Program-made: the position numbers and the translations under genes | Shown here: piece after piece, positions 61,656 to 64,000 of the stretch | Layout of the letters: the number at the start of each line of letters is the position of its first letter | Position numbering within the stretch: the stretch's first letter is position 1 | Notes under the pieces: generated by a model | The model's database searches: none | What the model was told of the DNA's origin: nothing | The model's input: the letters and a program-made list of their open reading frames with translations, nothing else | Origin: Phycisphaerae bacterium | Lineage (GTDB): Bacteria; Planctomycetota; Phycisphaerae; UBA1845; Fen-1342 | Direction: 5' to 3' | NCBI GenBank assembly: GCA_963666925.2 | Contig: CAXXTC010000007.1 | Coordinates: 96,001-160,000, forward strand | Length of the DNA stretch: 64,000 nt

Positions 61656-61758
61656 AGGTGGGGCGGGCGTCTCGCCCGCCGTTTTCATGCGGCAATCTGA
61701 GCCTGGCGGGCGGGACGCCCACCTCACCTGTTATGTGGAACTTATGCGAAGGTACACT
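61656..61758. repeat. REP doublet (REPIN-like), copy of 2011-2113
   Basis: Identical first ~42 nt, similar inverted partner, and a shared GAAGGTACACT end. Confidence 0.85.
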
Positions 61759-61811
61759 ACCATGCGCTGGTTCGCGGGGCTGCCAGTGACTTTGCCGGAG
61801 ATGCAGGCAGG

Positions 61812-62213
61812 ATGAACGAATCGCCGGAATACGACGAACACGCCGGGCCGAACGGGGCTGAGGCCGAGGCCAATAGTCCCGAGGCGGACGTTCCCGCCCC
61901 GGACGTCTCAGACGCCGACAAGCGGGCCAAGAAGCTGGCCAAGGCGGCGGCCAAAGCAGCCAAGAAACAAGCCGCGGCCGAGGCCAAAGCACACGCGGCC
62001 GAGCTTGCGGAGCAGGCGGTGGCCGAGGCGAAGGCGCATGCGGCGGAGGCCGCGGAGGAGACGCCGACGGAGTCAAACGCCTCGCTGGCGCATCGCAACC
62101 TCGAAGCCGCGGAAAAGAAAGTCCGGCTGGAAACCTGGCGCACGGTCTTCGCGGCCCTGGGCACGCTGGTAGGCCTCGGCACACTGGCACTGATGTTGCA
62201 AAACGGGTGTTGA
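61812..62213 (+). CDS. Ala/Lys/Glu-rich hypothetical protein with C-terminal TM segment
   Basis: AKKLAKAAAKAAKK helical repeats and a terminal hydrophobic segment. Confidence 0.6.
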   Translation: MNESPEYDEHAGPNGAEAEANSPEADVPAPDVSDADKRAKKLAKAAAKAAKKQAAAEAKAHAAELAEQAVAEAKAHAAEAAEETPTESNASLAHRNLEAAEKKVRLETWRTVFAALGTLVGLGTLALMLQNGC

Positions 62214-62250
62214 TACGTGAGAAAGGCGTGAGGAAGGATCGAGCGGCTAA

Positions 62251-63497
62251 CAGCCCGTTGAAAAACCCCTTGTCGGGCATGCGATAATAGAGATGTCAAG
62301 GAGGATGCGTGATGGCGTTGGGACGGCGTGGCGGCGAGCGGCAGGAAGAGCTGTGGGTTCCGACGGCGGCGGTGGCGCGGGGGCCGGGGCATCCGTTTTA
62401 CGACAAGCTGAATGAGTTGCTGGCCGAGGCCGGCTTTGATCGCTGGGTCGAGCAGCGCTGTCAGGCGTTCTACGCCACGCAGGGCCGGCCGGGGATTCCG
62501 CCGGGGGTGTACTTCCGCATGCTGCTGATCGGCTACTTCGAAGGGCTGGAGAGCCAGCGCGGCATCGCCTGGCGGTGTGCGGACTCGAACTCGCTGAAGA
62601 GCTTCCTGGGCTTCGGCCTGACCGAGATGACGCCGGACCATTCGTCGCTGACGAACATCCGCAAGCGGTTGCCGCTGGAAGTGCACGAAGAGGTCTTCGC
62701 GTTCGTGCTGGGGATCGCTCAACTGAAGAAGCTGCTGAAGGGCCAGGCGGTGGGCGTGGACGCGACGTTGCTGGAGGCCAACGCGGCGCTGAAGTCGATT
62801 GTCCGCAAGGACACGGGCGAGGATTACCGGCAGTACCTGCGGCGGTTGGCGAAAGAGGCGGGGATCGAAGATCCGAGCGACGACGACCTGAAGAAGTTCG
62901 ACAAGCGGCGCAAAGGCAAGAAGCTCTCGAATGCCGACTGGGAGTCGACCACTGAGCCGGATGGCCGGATCGCGAAGATGAAGGACGGGACGACGCACGT
63001 CGCGCACAAGGCCGAGCACGCGGTCGATCTGGAGAGCGAGCTGCTGCTGGCGGCGACGGTGCAGGCGGGGGATGCCGGCGATCCGGAGAGTCTGCCGCAG
63101 ACGCTGGTTGCGGCGCAGGTGAACCTGATGCGGGCGGGCAGCGACGCCGAATTGCAGGCTCTGGCGACGGACAGCGGGTATCACAGCAATGCGACGTTGA
63201 CGCAGTGTGCCGAGTGGGGCATTCGTACGTACATGGCCGAGAAGGACGAATCGCAGCAGCGTGTGTGGATCGACAAGCCGGCCGAGCAAGAGCGGGCGTT
63301 CCGCAACAACCGTCGGCGGCAAATGCGGCAAGCCGAATGCTGACGACCTGCGGTTCTGTGTCCATTGTGGCGCGGAGGGCCGGGCCGCCGCGGCCTGCGC
63401 CGCGCTCTTGGCCGTCCTCCGGGCCTTGGATGCGCCTCACGCTCAGCTTGCCCCAATTCGCCGCAGCGTAGCAAAACGCCAGTTGTTCAACGGGCTG
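62251..63497 (+). mobile_element. IS1182/IS5-like insertion sequence with 16-bp IRs and 4-bp CTAA target duplication
   Basis: IRL CAGCCCGTTGAAAAAC (62251-62266), IRR GTTGTTCAACGGGCTG (63482-63497). CTAA at 62247-62250 and 63498-63501. Confidence 0.9.
62312..63343 (+). pseudogene. IS1182/IS5-like DDE transposase, C-terminally truncated
   Basis: GRPGIPPGVYFRMLLIGYFEG, PDHSSL, VDATLLEANA, HAVD, TDSGY. The ORF stops inside a foreign 61-bp segment with no recognisable catalytic-Glu region. Confidence 0.8.
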
Positions 63498-63784
63498 CTA
63501 AGGACGGAGGATCGATGGTGCGGCGCTGGCACACGGCGATTTCGTCACGGCCTGCGCGGTGGCGCCAAGCGCACCAGGGATTGGTTGCTGTCCCGGGCTT
63601 CCCGAGTTTCCGTTGGGGATAAGGAGGGACTTGGCAGAACGCAGCCCCGCAAACCTTTTCCGGCCCATCACGCCACGATTTCGCCCTTGGATGCACCGGC
63701 GTGGCGCGCTATGCTACCGGCATCGGGATGGTGGGTAATCCCGGGCAAAGGGACATTCCACGACCGAGGATAAGGAAGGGCAGC

Positions 63785-64000
63785 GTGTATTGCGGCAAAT
63801 GCGGCAAGCCGAATGCTGACGACCTGCGGTTCTGTGTCCATTGTGGCGCGGACCTTGGATTGCAGACGCCGGGCCGCCCTGGCGATACGCTGGACAACGC
63901 CGAGACGCTACACGGACCGGTGCGTCCCACTCCCGCAGAAGACACGCTCGACGCTGCCAAGACAATTGACGGCACCCAGATCTACGAAGGCCGGCTGCTA
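63785..64000 (+). CDS. Zinc-ribbon N-terminal protein (possibly a Ser/Thr kinase; runs off window end)
   Basis: AAGGAAGG RBS, GTG start, MYCGKCGKPNADDLRFCVHCGADL, open to the window end. Confidence 0.65.
   Translation, partial: MYCGKCGKPNADDLRFCVHCGADLGLQTPGRPGDTLDNAETLHGPVRPTPAEDTLDAAKTIDGTQIYEGRLL

Noticed and set aside
63316..63852. 61-bp repeat as a DGR template/variable repeat pair
   Set aside because: The copies are identical with no adenine-specific differences, and no reverse transcriptase is in the window.

Overview
GC-rich bacterial chromosomal window. Gene content and protein style (dockerin-tailed secreted proteases, futalosine-pathway MqnE, several GspE/PilB ATPases) suggest Planctomycetota/Phycisphaerae, which is inference. 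Housekeeping genes include an L-fucose isomerase-like gene, dapB, clpB, lexA, rho, coaE, dut, mqnE, xseA, rpsI, rplM, sucC, hldE and gmhA. There are three tandem secreted proteases, a 12-gene signalling plus type IV pilus/T2SS-like operon, two IS elements, and many REP-like palindromes between genes. Best finding: an apparently complete IS110/IS1111-type element (5506-6882) sits at the CA of a REP palindrome. Its 3' non-coding region carries a stem-enclosed pair of 7-8 nt segments matching both halves of that target, consistent with a bridge/seek RNA programmed against a repeat that has empty copies in this window. Other highlights: a TlpA-like gene with an in-frame TGA and a SECIS-like hairpin; a HEPN-motif gene directly behind lexA plus a candidate operator; a G11 tract in pilO; and an IS transposase whose 3' part is replaced by a 61-bp copy of the neighbouring gene. 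Many single-base frameshifts, mostly at 51-61 kb, are probably sequencing or assembly errors.
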